Of a DNA stretch of 64,000 nt, positions 40,450-52,908 are shown piece by piece. Below the pieces are notes generated by a model that worked only from the letters and a program-made list of their open reading frames with translations, was not told the DNA's origin and ran no database searches. The position numbers and the translations under genes are program-made. The DNA comes from Dimorphilus gyrociliatus (taxonomy: Eukaryota > Animalia > Annelida), in the NCBI GenBank assembly GCA_904063045.1, contig CAJFCJ010000007.1, forward strand, positions 3,851,404 through 3,915,403, in the 5' to 3' direction. Each line of letters starts with the position of its first letter. Position 1 is the stretch's first letter.

Positions 40450-43400
40450 TCAAGAAAGTACATTATGTAAAGGCACATTCAATGAATGCAATAATTCCTT
40501 AATTTCAGCTTTAAATTGACCCCAATAGCATAAAGAATCAGCAACATTTATCCCAGGATTAGCAGGATCTTGAATTAAAGGATATGGAGGATCAAACTCA
40601 ACTTCAAATTTTCCAGGGAGATAATATTTACTCCACGTTATGCTAAATTGTAAATAAATATGACTTAGTTCCTCGATATTTAAATGGATTCTACAAGTTT
40701 TAAGAAAGACAACTAACCTAGTTTCGGGATTAAAAATATATTGCCCCAATTTCGTAGCCACCTTTGTCAAATCAGTAGATTTTGTCTCTTCGCAAGACTT
40801 TATAACGAGGAGTGACAGAAGATAACTATCAGGCCTGTATTTAGTTTTACGCCATTGAATAGAATTCCTCCAATGCTTAAGGATTTTTATAACATCTTTG
40901 ACCTTCAGATAAGGAGAATGAAGGGGAGATAATAGAGCAATAAATTATAGAATTTTATGATGTTTGTGTTTATTCTTCTTACCTCTTTTCTTTGCTCATT
41001 GATAAACTTTCTCTGTAAACGTACGCTGGCAACCGAGAACCTATTATTAACGTTTAAAGAATAAATTCACAATTAAGATTTACTTAGTTAATTTTTTAAA
41101 TGATCTAGAATACATTACCAGTATTTTTGAAACTTTTCAGTTTCGGAACAAGTCCATTTATATAACTCGCTATATGTTGAACCTTTTTCCCAATCGTATG
41201 AGTAGAATATATCAATATCAACACCAGAACATGTAAATTGAACGGTTGATAATGAAGTTTTTATTTCTGGATAAGAAAACATAAATTATAAATGCAAAAT
41301 ACTTTTCAAGAAGTAACTAGAATAAAACCTGAGCATTTTGGTAAAGGTCTATAAGGGTCAACGTTTTGGTTAGAATAGTGCAGTAATTCCTTTGTCGCCT
41401 GTATGACTGGTATCATCCAACTTTCTTGCCCAGTTTTTGGCAAATCTGTTCAGTCATATTATAATAAATGAATATTTCATATATATATAACTTTATAATT
41501 ACGAATATAGTTTTTTGATCAAATAGCTGACTAATCCGATTATATATATATATATATATCAACGGTCATTGATATATCCCATTTTTAATTGTATTATTAA
41601 TTTCTAACCTGTGCTTAATATAATTAAATCAACATCTGCTCTTGATTTGGTTACGCAATCAGTTCCAATTGATCCCATTTGTACAATTTCTGTTATATTT
41701 ATAGGTAGTTTCTCCTGTTAGTGACAGGAAAACATAAACTTAAAATTGTTGCTCAATTATTATTGAAGTTAGTTAGTAAAACCTGTAGATATTGAATTAC
41801 GGCTGTTATAACGTCTCTTTGCCTCGTTAAATCGTGTTGAGAAGGCACAACATCATCGTGAAAAGAGAGATCACTGCCCAAACCACTTTCGGTCGCGTCG
41901 TCTTTGAAATTTCCCATATCCTTTCTAGTTCTACTAAATTCTTTGTTGATTGTCTTGACATCTCCATTGTTGTTGATAATTTGATAATTAATAAGATTTT
42001 TACAAAATACTCTTGTCATTTCAGCTTGTTGATCATTAAGGGATGACTAATTAAATGAAAATGTATAAAAGTTATTTTATGTATTCAAAATGTAATAGTC
42101 ATAGTTACGTCAATATTTTTTTCCAAAGGTTTAGGCTGTAGACCATTATCCATGTCGTATAGATCCATGAAAGAGCCAACTGCAGAGCCGTCTTTGCTGC
42201 ATGTAGAATTTAAATCTCCTAAAGAGACTTGAGAAGCCGATAATTCTTTCATATCTTCCAGTCGTCTATTTTTCTCCATTACACTTTGCCTTTTTATAAG
42301 GTTAATTAATGTTAAATATTAAAGAAAACAAGTATTTAATTTATTTTTGAAATCTTACCTTGCTCTAATTAATTGTTTGCTTTGATAATCAAATTTAGGG
42401 TAAGATTTCATAGCAACTGGCAAAGTTTGAATCGAAATCATATTAACACGAATAATAACGTTACCATTATCGGTAAATGCTGTTGATTGATCTTTTAACT
42501 GTAAATAATGATGGAAAGGGAAAAAAATGAGTTTTTAACCTAAATTTATTATTAATCAATAATCAATTGAAAACGAGCACGTACTTCTGAAATTTCTATT
42601 GGAAAAGAAGCTAAAAGACCGCAATCGTCTAAAAAATTTGAAAAGTATCCAGTAATACAATCGCCTAACATTTCAACGTCTTTAAACTTTTGCTGAATTT
42701 GTGATCGTAACGTTGCTTTCCAACAAAGCAATTTAGTTTTATTTTGTTGATAGTGGTGAACGCCTTTATCCAATTGACAAGTAAGGTATTTATAATTATT
42801 ATCAATGAACAGTTTCCATAAATTTCCGTCATTGTCTTGAAATGGATCAGCTGATACTGAAGGATCTTGGTGTTTAGATAGAGATGTAATAGGTAATTGT
42901 AAATCTTTGGTAATATTCAATTGTAATATTTCGATACCAACAGATATCGTTTCCACTTTTTGATTAACTGGTAGAATATTATTTAAAGTTCTGCCAAAAC
43001 CATCAAATCTAGCTCCGTGACCGTAGCTATAGAATAATATCTCACTAGATTCACTTTCTAGGTATAGTCTAAATTTTGTTTCAAGCACGAGACCTTTAGA
43101 TTTAGTTGCAAGATATAGATAGGATGCTGGTAAACCATTAGAGTTTAATTTTGTAGGATAAATTCTAAGATACCATCTATTTGCGTATGCAACAAATGTT
43201 GGCGTATCAAAATAATATCCGTTTGTATTTTTCTTTGTTCTTGCTGAACTACTAATATCTATACTCTTTGTAAACGTTAGACTACAATTTGATAACGTTA
43301 ATTCCATAACCAATCGTTTTCCTGTATGGTCTAGAAAACCTTTGCCAATATCTAATAGATCTCTAAACGTTATAAATTTCGATCTTCCTAGGACTGTCTG

Positions 43401-43736
43401 ACCTATTCGAAACTTTTGAGTTGTACTAAAATGCTTATTTAAACCATAGTCCGATCTATTGACAAGACCTAAGATGTACTTTAATTTGACGCTAACGTAT
43501 GGTAATGATGGGGCATCTGAATATTTCCATTTTAGATAAACACCCATGTATTCTTCTTTTTTCATTACAACTATAGACCATTTTTGTCCACAGTAACTAC
43601 ATTCTGAACTCTCGATACTTTTTACTTCGCCTGAAACCAGTTTATAGGGATTTTCAAAAACGAAGGTGAACACGTGAGTATTTTCATTGTACTGGTCGTC
43701 GGCCAGAACACCAAATCTTTGCAAGTGTATTGACAT
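40450..43736 (-). CDS. Triple-MATH-domain / 2'-5'-oligoadenylate-synthetase-like nucleotidyltransferase fusion, predicted 847 aa. Exons 43736-42585, 42498-42359, 42289-42109, 42046-41783, 41714-41609, 41445-41329, 41266-41119, 41040-40983, 40902-40718, 40642-40450
   Basis: Ten exons joined by nine GT-AG introns give one 2544-nt frame. About aa 20-405 holds three MATH-like repeats (F-x-x-x-G-x-x-W-x-L/I cores; GRSKFITFRDLL..KGFLD; LKDQSTAFTDNGNVIIRV). About aa 550-847 is OAS-like: MGSIGTDCVTKSRADVDLII (hG[GS]x11DhDh), VDIDIF, FSVASVRLQRKFI, VKDVIKILKHW, PDSYLLSLL, SITWSKYY, PLIQDPANPGINVA. Confidence 0.85.
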
Positions 43737-44168
43737 TTAAGCTGTAAAAATAAATTTGTGTTGACTATATTTTATAAGGGAAAAAAGTGTGTAGTGAACA
43801 TGTTATGAATAGTTAAGCAGTGAGACAAAGTTTCCCTTATATAAAAATCTGTTTACACTCTCTATTGTTAATTATAAATAGTCCTAGAAAGCCTAGAAAA
43901 ACGGCTCATTCAACTTTTTTATCTTTTGATCTCACTTTCATACATACTCATATGCTCGCAAAGGGTTAAGTCATATAGTGTAAACAATACAATTGATTTA
44001 TTACCTTTACATAAAAAATAATATTCCATTAATATTTTTAACTGATTTAGTTATCATAAACAAAATACAATGTAAATAGACGTACCATCTGCTACCAACT
44101 GTCAAATGATATAAAAACTGAATTTTGCCAGCTATTACAGGTGTTGCCTCACCTTTAACTGACTAAAA

Positions 44169-44182
44169 GCACCATCTAGTGG
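44169..44182 (-). promoter_or_regulatory. CTCF-like motif CCACTAGATGGTGC
   Basis: 13/14 match to CCACTAGATGGCGC, lying between the MATH-OAS gene and IQCG. Confidence 0.45.
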
Positions 44183-45083
44183 TTTGCAGAACAGATGGAT
44201 AGCTATTCCACTTTTTATATATACTTGCATTTTATAAACGGAATACGTACCACTCTTGCCAACTAGAGTGATCTTACCGAAAAAATTAAACAACAGCCAT
44301 AATAGGGATTTACTTTATAGATATACGTTAAAAGATTATTCCTTTCATTGAAATTTTATCACCTATGCTCAATATTTTAAAAAAACTTCACATCGAACCC
44401 GTTTCGTTTACGCGGTTTAATTTGAAAACATTCCTTAAAAATTTTTCCATTGAACTGTCAAACTCATGCTAATAAATCACTCGTTCTAATTCAAACTTAG
44501 ATCGGATAAAAAAAACCCCTTCATATTTCAATAGAATAATTTTGACCTAAACCTATATTGCTTTTTATCTCTCCCCGCTTCCCCTCTCTTCTCTTTCTTT
44601 AAATGTATATTTCTTTACCTTTAAATCGTATAATTAAGCATTGAAAGAATATTTGGAAGATATATCTTTAGTATTTCTTTTATAGCTTTTTAATTGAAAT
44701 AAAAAAGGAAATACAGTAAAAAAAATATCTGAGATTTTATTTTTTTTTAATAAAAAAAAAATACTTCTTTATACTTTTGATATTGTAGCAAATTTTTTCA
44801 TTAAAACTTGAATATATATTTATATATTTGAATAGGCTGTTAACAACTTGAAAAGAGAACATTGAAAGAGTGTAGAGAGAAGGAGAGAAAGAGTTTATTA
44901 TGTATTAAAATGGAATATTTTCTACACCTGTTGTAATTTTACTTTGTTACATTCAACATATTTTTTTAACTTATTTGTATTAGAATTAATAATTAAATAG
45001 TTAAAAAGCTATTATTTAATACTTAAAGCGGCTAATATCGGCAATAAGCACCTAAAATAATTGACTCTATTTAGATGCTTTGT

Positions 45084-46929
45084 TTATTTCTTTCCTTTTT
45101 TTCCCTTTTTTCCTTTCTTTCCTTTTTTGCCCTTCTTTCCCTTCTTTTGCCTAAATGGACCAAGACATCTTCTAACCATCACACCTCTGAACCATGCTTG
45201 TATTTTAATTGCGGATTTTAGTTCGTTCTCTTCTTGTTCATCTTTTCTCTTTTGTTTTTCCTTTTTTACTCTATCCTCAACAACAACTTGTTCGTATTCC
45301 TTATACTGTTATTAATGATCATCTTAAGTAGTTGATACATTTTAAACGCTTGCATACATACCAATTTTGTTAATTCGTCCAATCGTTCAAGATCTTTGGC
45401 TTTTGAAACTTGTAAAACTTCTAAATCATGATCTAATTTGGCCACGTCAACATCGTGTCTATTTATCCAATCATCTAATTTTTTTTGTAGATCATATATA
45501 TGCTTTTCCAAGAAAACGCAAGTTTCTGCGTGAACTCTTGACTCTTCGTCCATCTTTAGTCGGTAGAGATCTTTTGTATCCTCTAAATCTCTCTCTGATA
45601 TATTACACCTAAAGGTTGTAAAGATTTGCTATTGTAATTTATTCTTGTCGAGCATAAAATTAATTATAATAACCTTTTCTGACTTTCGGCAACTTGAACT
45701 TCGGCACATTTACGAATATATTTACCTTCCATATGTGTTTTTGCCTTCATCTCTTGTAATTGGTCTTTTAGATGAGCAATCATCTGATTTCTTTCCGATA
45801 CTTCAACTTCCCTTTCTCTCTTAACTTCAACTATTCTCTTTTGCAGCATTTTAATTCTCTTCCTAGATTCTTCTTCTTTTAAAATAATATTCATTAACCG
45901 AGCTTTCTTTTTCTGTTCCTCAGTGACCGCCTTTATTAATTTACTGAAGGAATGAGGTCCGCAAATCTCACTTAGAGTCTCATTTAAGATTCCTTCTAAG
46001 TATGTTCTATCTTCTTGAACCTTCTGCAGGTTATCAGGAGCCAATGGATTCTGTCGTAGACCTTGTCCGAACAAAAATGTTTGATCTTTTAACTGTTTTC
46101 CGAATTTTGCCACATTCTTTAAAGCCTCTTCCCTACCCTCTTTTAAATTTTTGAAACCAGCCGTTAAAGTATCCTTTTGTTTTAGAGCCTTATTAAATTG
46201 TTCTTCGTGAGTCGTTTGATCGTCTCTTAAACCATTTAAATCATCTTGAAGCAATTCGTCATTTTCTTCTGAATCAGCAACTGCGGCTGGCATAATCTTT
46301 CCTAAGACGGCTAATTGATCAATTGCATCTTCAAGAACCACTGAAACGTGAAGGCAATCGATCGGCTTGAGATAGCTGTTAAAAAAGGATTTTTCTCCAT
46401 TTTAATTAGTTGTTAAATCGTCAGAAAGTTTAATTTCAAAATGAAATAACCCTTTAAACAATTATTTTGCGATTATCCTCGTTATTACACGAAATATAAG
46501 CCGTTAATAGGTAATATAGAGGAGAAATTGCTAGTTCGTCCTCTCAGCTTTTATACTTAATCCTAGTTGACAACCCTTAATCAAGCCTAAATAATCGCCT
46601 AATAAAAGAAAAGGTGTAAACAAATAGATGAGATCAATTTTGAACAATTCGCTTAAATAATATCCTACTTTTACCTTTGATATTGTTAGTTTTTTCGTGT
46701 TTGAAGTAAGAAATTGTCAATTATTTAATGTAAACAAAAGGATTCTATGCAAATTATTTATATAGATAAATTAGAGTTTACCGTCGTCTATGTTATTTGC
46801 AAAGTAAACTTTTCTGTTATTAACCCAATAGGTTTTGTCAATAGTTTTAAATGTATTAGTCTATTAGTTTATACTTTATACTAAAACAAACTTGTATTAA
46901 CATCCGTACCATTTTTCACTTTCATTCAT
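45084..46929 (-). CDS. IQCG: IQ motif-containing protein G / dynein regulatory complex subunit 9; first exon uncertain
   Basis: VSVVLEDAIDQLAVLGKIMP, QKVQEDR, HLKDQLQEMK, an IQ motif AIKIQAWFRGVMVRRCLGPF and a KKG-repeat tail. Exons about 46375-45674, 45608-45369 and 45312-45084 (the last two approximate). The best in-phase first exon is 46929-46910 (MNESEK). Confidence 0.9.
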
Positions 46930-46965
46930 TTCCACCTTCTTTCCTTGACGTTCATACACAGTATA

Positions 46966-46978
46966 GTTGCTCGGCAAC
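46966..46978. promoter_or_regulatory. RFX X-box-like motif GTTGCTCGGCAAC
   Basis: Near-palindromic match to GTNRCY-N(0-3)-RGYAAC, about 37 bp upstream of the candidate IQCG ATG. Confidence 0.55.
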
Positions 46979-47633
46979 AACTAATTTGAACAGGAAACGG
47001 TTTGTTAATAGGTGGCGCCTGGTCACTTTTAATAGAAAGTGTCAATAGTTAATAGCGTAGCTAATCAGAGTAGCCTGGACTTAATTCCAGATCGAACAAT
47101 TCTTTTGTAGAGCAATTACGTTGTGAACATAGATAAATACATATAGATTAATGGATAAGTGTACAACTGTACATGATTCTATATGACTATATACATCAAA
47201 TCAATATAAAATGCGTCTGATTTATTGATACTGTTTTAACGGATACTATCTCAGTTGTCGGATCATATATAACTTTACGATAATTGTTAGAGTTTTCTTT
47301 TGCACTTAATGCATAGTATAAACACTATTTTTAATATATTACATTGAATAATATACTATTAGATGCTAGTGATGTTGTCAACCTGTTTAGAATGATTTCT
47401 AGTTTTTTTCTTACATTTTTTTTACAACTTTTTAGATTCTTACGTAACTTTCAGAGCGAAAAAAAGAGAATTTGACTTTTCAACCTAGTTATAGTGATAA
47501 TTATTGTATTGATTAACTATGTTAATGGTAAATTCATATAATTTATTCAAGGAAACTTATATCTTTTTACATGTGTATGCATGAACATTTTTAAAACTTA
47601 TAGAAAGACATGCAAAATATATTGTTGTTAGCT

Positions 47634-47646
47634 GTTGCTAAGAGAC
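47634..47646. promoter_or_regulatory. RFX X-box-like motif (GTCTCTTAGCAAC on the minus strand)
   Basis: Matches the X-box consensus, about 190 bp upstream of the FAM184A ATG. Confidence 0.4.
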
Positions 47647-47833
47647 TTGAGTTGTTCGTCTTCAACGAAATACACCTTGCCTTCAGAACACTTTTTATAA
47701 TTTTTAATGCGTAGAAACAATAAAGATATGCTTAATGTTTTTCAAACTGTTACTTTTATCTTGAATAAAGCCTTAAATACTGAGAAAAAGTGTTGAAAAA
47801 CTCGAACTATTTTACTACGAAGGGATAACAAAA

Positions 47834-50800
47834 ATGGCGGCAGGTGGGACGGGACTGTCTTTCAACTTTCCTAAGAACAAAAATATAGTAAACATGGCGG
47901 GCGAAATATCACAAGATATGCATTTAAAAATGTCCAAAAAAATTGCTCAATTAACAAAAGTTAGTTACATTTTATTTTTATATGCCAAATCGATGGCTAA
48001 AGCGAATTATTTTGATTTATGCATTTTTTAGGTTATTTATGCATTAAATACTAAAAATGATGAACATGAAGCAATAATGGCAACGACGAAAGAGCAATAT
48101 GAAGAAGAAGTTCAAAAGATACTCGAGGATACAAAATTGAAAATTGAATCGTACAAGGACATTATGAAAGAAGACACAAATCAAAGGAAGTTGATAGAGA
48201 ATCTTGAAAAAAGGATATCTCAACATGAAAAAGAGAAAGTCGATGCTCAAGAAACGTTTCAAAAATATAAGGAAATTATGGCCGAGAAAATATCGGAGAT
48301 GAAAACATCCCACTCAGAGAAGTTGATTTCATTATCTAATGAAGTTCTCAATATCAAAAAAGACTTTGAATCTCAATTGGAAAAGTTATTAGAAGCAAAA
48401 AGAGAAATAGAAGAGGAAAAGGAAAAAATGATTGACGAATTAAAAAAGTCTTACGAAATTAAAGCAGAAGAATTAAAATTAGGATTATCCTCAAAAGAGA
48501 AGAATAATGAAATATATCAGAATCAGGTGGAAACTTTAGAGAGCGAGTGTAAGCAGTTAAGACTTGATAAGGATAAATTACGAGAGGAGTTTGAGAATAG
48601 ATTGAGGGAGGAGAGGGCATCACACGAAAAGGAATTGGAATCTTTGAATACTTCCCAAAACTCCGCTCACGAAGAGCACATGAAAAGATTACAAGAAGAC
48701 TACGATAAGCTTCTCAAAGTTCATGAAGATATGAACGTTGATAATTTGCAAAAAATCCAAGAACTATTAACAAAACAAAGCGAAGTGGAGGCGGAAGCCG
48801 ATAATTTTAAAAGGATGTTAGAAGAGTTACAAAATTCAATGAAGGGTATGAACTCAACAACAGCATCCTTATCTCAACAACTCTCAACTACTCAGGAAGA
48901 ACTCTCAAATAGTATTTCTATCAATAAGCAACTCGAAGGTGAAATAAAAGCGATCAATGATCGATGCGAAAAGCAATCGACTGAACTCATCGATAAGTCC
49001 TGTATGATATTGCTATGATAATATTCATTTATTGTATTATTTATGTTATTCTATTTTATCTTATCTTTTTTCCTCCAGCTACAATTGGTAAACTGGAAGC
49101 TGTAAAGATTCAAGTGGATTCCCAATTAAAAGAAAGTCTCGGCGAATTGAATAAGGTAAAAGATAAACTCAAATGGCTAGAAGATGAGAGAAAATCGATG
49201 GAAGAAAAAGGACAATCCCAAATGACAGAGCAATCTAAACAATTAAAATCATTAGAAAAAAGTTTAGAGAGTTTATCAGCCGAAAAGCAAGAACTTCAGC
49301 AAAAATATGATAGAGATATGGAATCACTGAAACAGTCTTCCGATGAAAGAGAGAAAACATCCGATAAAAAATGGAAAACGAAGCTGGAAGAAATGGAAGC
49401 AAAGTTCACAAAAGAGATTGAAGAACACAGGCGCTTGGCGGAAGAAAGTTATGCAAAGCTAAAAAATGATCTTGAAGGTCAATTGGGGAATGAAAAAGAG
49501 AATTTAATGGATTGCAATAAGCGTATAGAAGAACTATCGAAAGAAAAAGAGGATTATCAGAATACACTTCAAAATGCTCGACTAGAGGTAAGTTCATCTG
49601 TAAAAGAGAGCTCTCTTTTTTTATGAAAACGATAGAATATCTATCTGTTAACCAAAGCACGCACGCAAGGTTGAAAAGAATTATTACAGGCCTATAATTT
49701 TCTTTTACTCCAACAATAATCTATTTGCCAATATTTTAAAATTTATAAATCCCTAATGCTAAAATGAACAAATATGATTGTTGAATTACTTTAGTTTGTT
49801 TAGTCCAAATAATAGATACTAGGTGGAGCTATAGATAATTATTTTTTCGTTCTAGATCGAAGGATTACAAAAGAGTTTACAAGAGAGGGATGCTAATTTA
49901 GGTGGTGCAACGAGTGATTTAGAGGGTTTAAAGAACAAATGCAAGAGTTTAGAAGAAGAATTAGAAGAAAGTCATGATCAATTACGCAATTTAAAGACCC
50001 AATTTAATAGTATTAAAAATGAGTTAGAAAACTCTAAAAAAACTAATGAAAAGCTTATAAAAGATAATGAAGAGAGATTAAGGAAAGAATTAGATAAGCT
50101 ATCTAAGGACTTAGATGAAAAATGGATGCTTAGGTTAAGAACTGAAACTGAAAAAGTATTAACAGAACAAGAAAAGAAGTCCTCAGAAGATAAAAAATCT
50201 GCAATAGATGAATTGCTAAAATTACACGGTGAAGAATTGTCTTCAGAGAGGTCATCGTGGGATGAACGAGTTCAGAATCTTTTAAAAGAAATAGCATCAT
50301 TAAAGTCAGCATTAGATTCTAAATCAATAGAAAATCAAGAGATAATTAACAGGATTAAGAGAGAAGCTGAAGAAGAGAATAATATATTGAGAAAGGACAT
50401 GTTAGCAGCTGCTAATGAATTTAAGGATAACATAGATGAATTAGATAAAAAACATGCAAGTGAGATTTTAGTGTTAGAGCAGAGGAATGACGAAAAGTTA
50501 AAAGAATTTGAAATTAATTTAAAAAAGAAACATGTAGATGACATGAAAGCTCAGTTGACAGCTCATAATAGTACGGTCGAGATGATTAAAGAGAATTGCG
50601 AGAAAGACAAACAAAAATCACTAGAAGACTTACGTAAAAAGAATCTAGAAAAAATAGGTACTCTCAGTATATTCCCTTTTCAACCTATATAGTATTTAAC
50701 ATTTACACTTTCTCCTTTTTCTTTTTATAGCAATCATCAGATCTGATTTAGAACAGGCTCATGCCCTAGATATGGAACAACGCGAAAGACAGCATGATCA

Positions 50801-51734
50801 ACAAATGGCTGCAGCTAGGTTAGAATTAGACAGAAGTCTTGAAGTTATCCAACAAAAGGATTCTGAATACGCTATCAAGTTGTCAGAGTTAGAATCAGAT
50901 GCCAATTCAAAACTTACTTTAATTAATGAATTAGAGAAGGAAGTTAGTATATTACAAACTGGTGTACAAGAAATGTCAAAAGAATTAGAAGCCAAAGGAC
51001 AAGAGGTGCTAAGGGTTCGCAGTGAAATGATAAAATCTTCAAAGTACACATTCCTTTCTTCACTAATATCTAGTACAAAAATATTCTTATCACTTAATTA
51101 TGTTTATTTTAGGGCTAAAGAAGATAAATTGAAGAATGAATATGAGCTATCTATTCTAAATTTGAAAAATGATCATCATAAAGAAATTGATGGAATGTTA
51201 GAAGACTTTAATAAAGCTCAAGAATTATTAAAAGATAAAATCAATACATTAACTATACTACTAGAAGAAGCTGAGGAAAAATATGAAAATCGCGAGTCCA
51301 GAGAAGAAGACTTATTAGAAATTAAAAGATTGCAACAATCAGTTGTCGATAGAGAAGATGCTATTAAGAAACTTATCGTTAGTAAATTATTTATGTTATG
51401 TTAACTTTTAACTAATATTTAATTGATGGTCTACTTTTAGGATGATAAAAAATACTATCAACTTGAACTAGTAAATCGTGAAACGAACTTTAATAAAGTG
51501 TTCAGTTCTTCCCCGAACGTTGGCGTTATCAATCCTCTTGTTAAGGTTGAGTACTAAAACTTTCAAGAAAGACAGGTTCTTTATGTTTTTCTTTTTTAGC
51601 AAAAGAACAGTGGCAAAAGTGATAGCTCCAGAAAACAATCCAAATTAGATCCACTTCCTAACTCGAGCATTATTCATTCAGATAATTTAAATGGAAAAGT
51701 TCCTCTTCCAAATCCGAAGAAATTCGTAAAATAA
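47834..51734 (+). CDS. FAM184A: FAM184-family long coiled-coil protein, multi-exon
   Basis: [30 protein letters not shown] at the N-terminus and YYQLELVNRETNFNKVFSSSPNVGVINPL near the C-terminus are FAM184 signatures. The intervening E/K-rich coiled coil is split by in-phase GT-AG introns. Stop at 51732-51734. Confidence 0.9.
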
Positions 51735-51956
51735 TTTGAAAATCTCTAGTGCCAAAGAAAGAAAGAAAAACAAGATAATATAACTATAGCATTATTATAA
51801 AATGGTTTTCCAAGACAATTTCATACTGTATTTCAATATTTTTACTTGATTTACAACAGTTTTTTTTAACTTTGTTTTTTTTTTTTAAAAAGAAAAAAAC
51901 TTCTATTAACTTAGCAAAAAAGCTAAAAAAAAAAGGTGTCTTTCTTCTCTCTCCTG

Positions 51957-52778
51957 TCAACTCTTTAAACCAAGATTCTTTCTACTAGATAAAAGCAATT
52001 CTTTCGTCACTTCCGGTATTGTCTTAATATTGTGATAATTACTTTCAGCTAAATAGACCAAATAATTGCGCCAAATTGTATATATATTTGCCAATGTATA
52101 GAGGAATGCTTCAGAGAATAGGTTTGACGATAATTTACTATCAATATTCATTTGTTCATTTATTGATTGAACAATTTCATTCGATAAACTAGTTTGAATT
52201 ATTGGCTGTATTGAACTGTTAAGGAATCGTTCAACGATTATTTCTGCTTTTTTTTTTATTAACTGCTTTAAAGGTGACCTTCGACCTTGTTCAAAATCAA
52301 GGGCTGACCATAAATAATAATACCTGTAGACTTCTCCTAAAAAGAAAATATCGTTGGCCAACATCAACATACGGGAATTTGGACTTTTCTTTCGGATAAA
52401 AAACTTTCCAGTTTGAGAAAAGTCTATTGTTAAATATTGTATAAACTGCATTCGTCGTCCATATTCATTCAGAGTTCTGGAAAAGTCGATAAGGTATTTA
52501 ACGGCCCTTCGAAATCTATATATAGGCTTTATCCTATTCTTTTTATATCTTATAGAAAGTGTAACAAGAATTCCAGATGTTGGAGAGTTTTGAGTACTTC
52601 CTGCAAAGGAAAAAAATAGGCCTATAGTTCAACTAATTAAAACTGAAAGATTATACTATGTGCATACCATTCTCTTCAATTGAAGAATTAGAAATTTTAC
52701 TCTGAATTTTTCCATTGAGGAAAGGTTCGGCTCTAATGATACCATGATTTCTTGAGGTAATCATGCGTTCATAATTAA
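51957..52778 (-). CDS. RGS22-like RGS-domain protein; exons 52778-52668 and 52600-51957; 5' end unresolved (in-frame ATG at 52764 gives 246 aa)
   Basis: IDFSRTLNEYGRRMQFIQYL...NDIFFLGEVYRY...KKAEIIVERFLNSSIQPIIQTSLS...LFSEAFLY...WRNY parallels the last RGS-like domain of RGS22 (INFTKALL..RQFQRFV..N.LLFWQEVQKY..IINCFINSSIPPALQIDIP..VFREAQ..FWPQF). Confidence 0.65.
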
Positions 52779-52874
52779 CTATCGTATTATAGATATTTTC
52801 TAAAGATATTGAAAACTTACCTCCTCATTTCCTCAACTCGTAAGGAGTCTCCTATTTAAAAAAAAAGGAAGAGT

Positions 52875-52877
<3 letters not shown>

Positions 52878-52907
<30 letters not shown>
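52878..52907. repeat. (AG)15 microsatellite
   Basis: Direct reading of the sequence. Confidence 0.95.

Positions 52908-52908
<1 letters not shown>

Noticed and set aside
45087-45150. Tandem AAG/AAA-GGA repeats
   Set aside because: They encode the Lys-Lys-Gly tail of IQCG and are not an independent repeat element.
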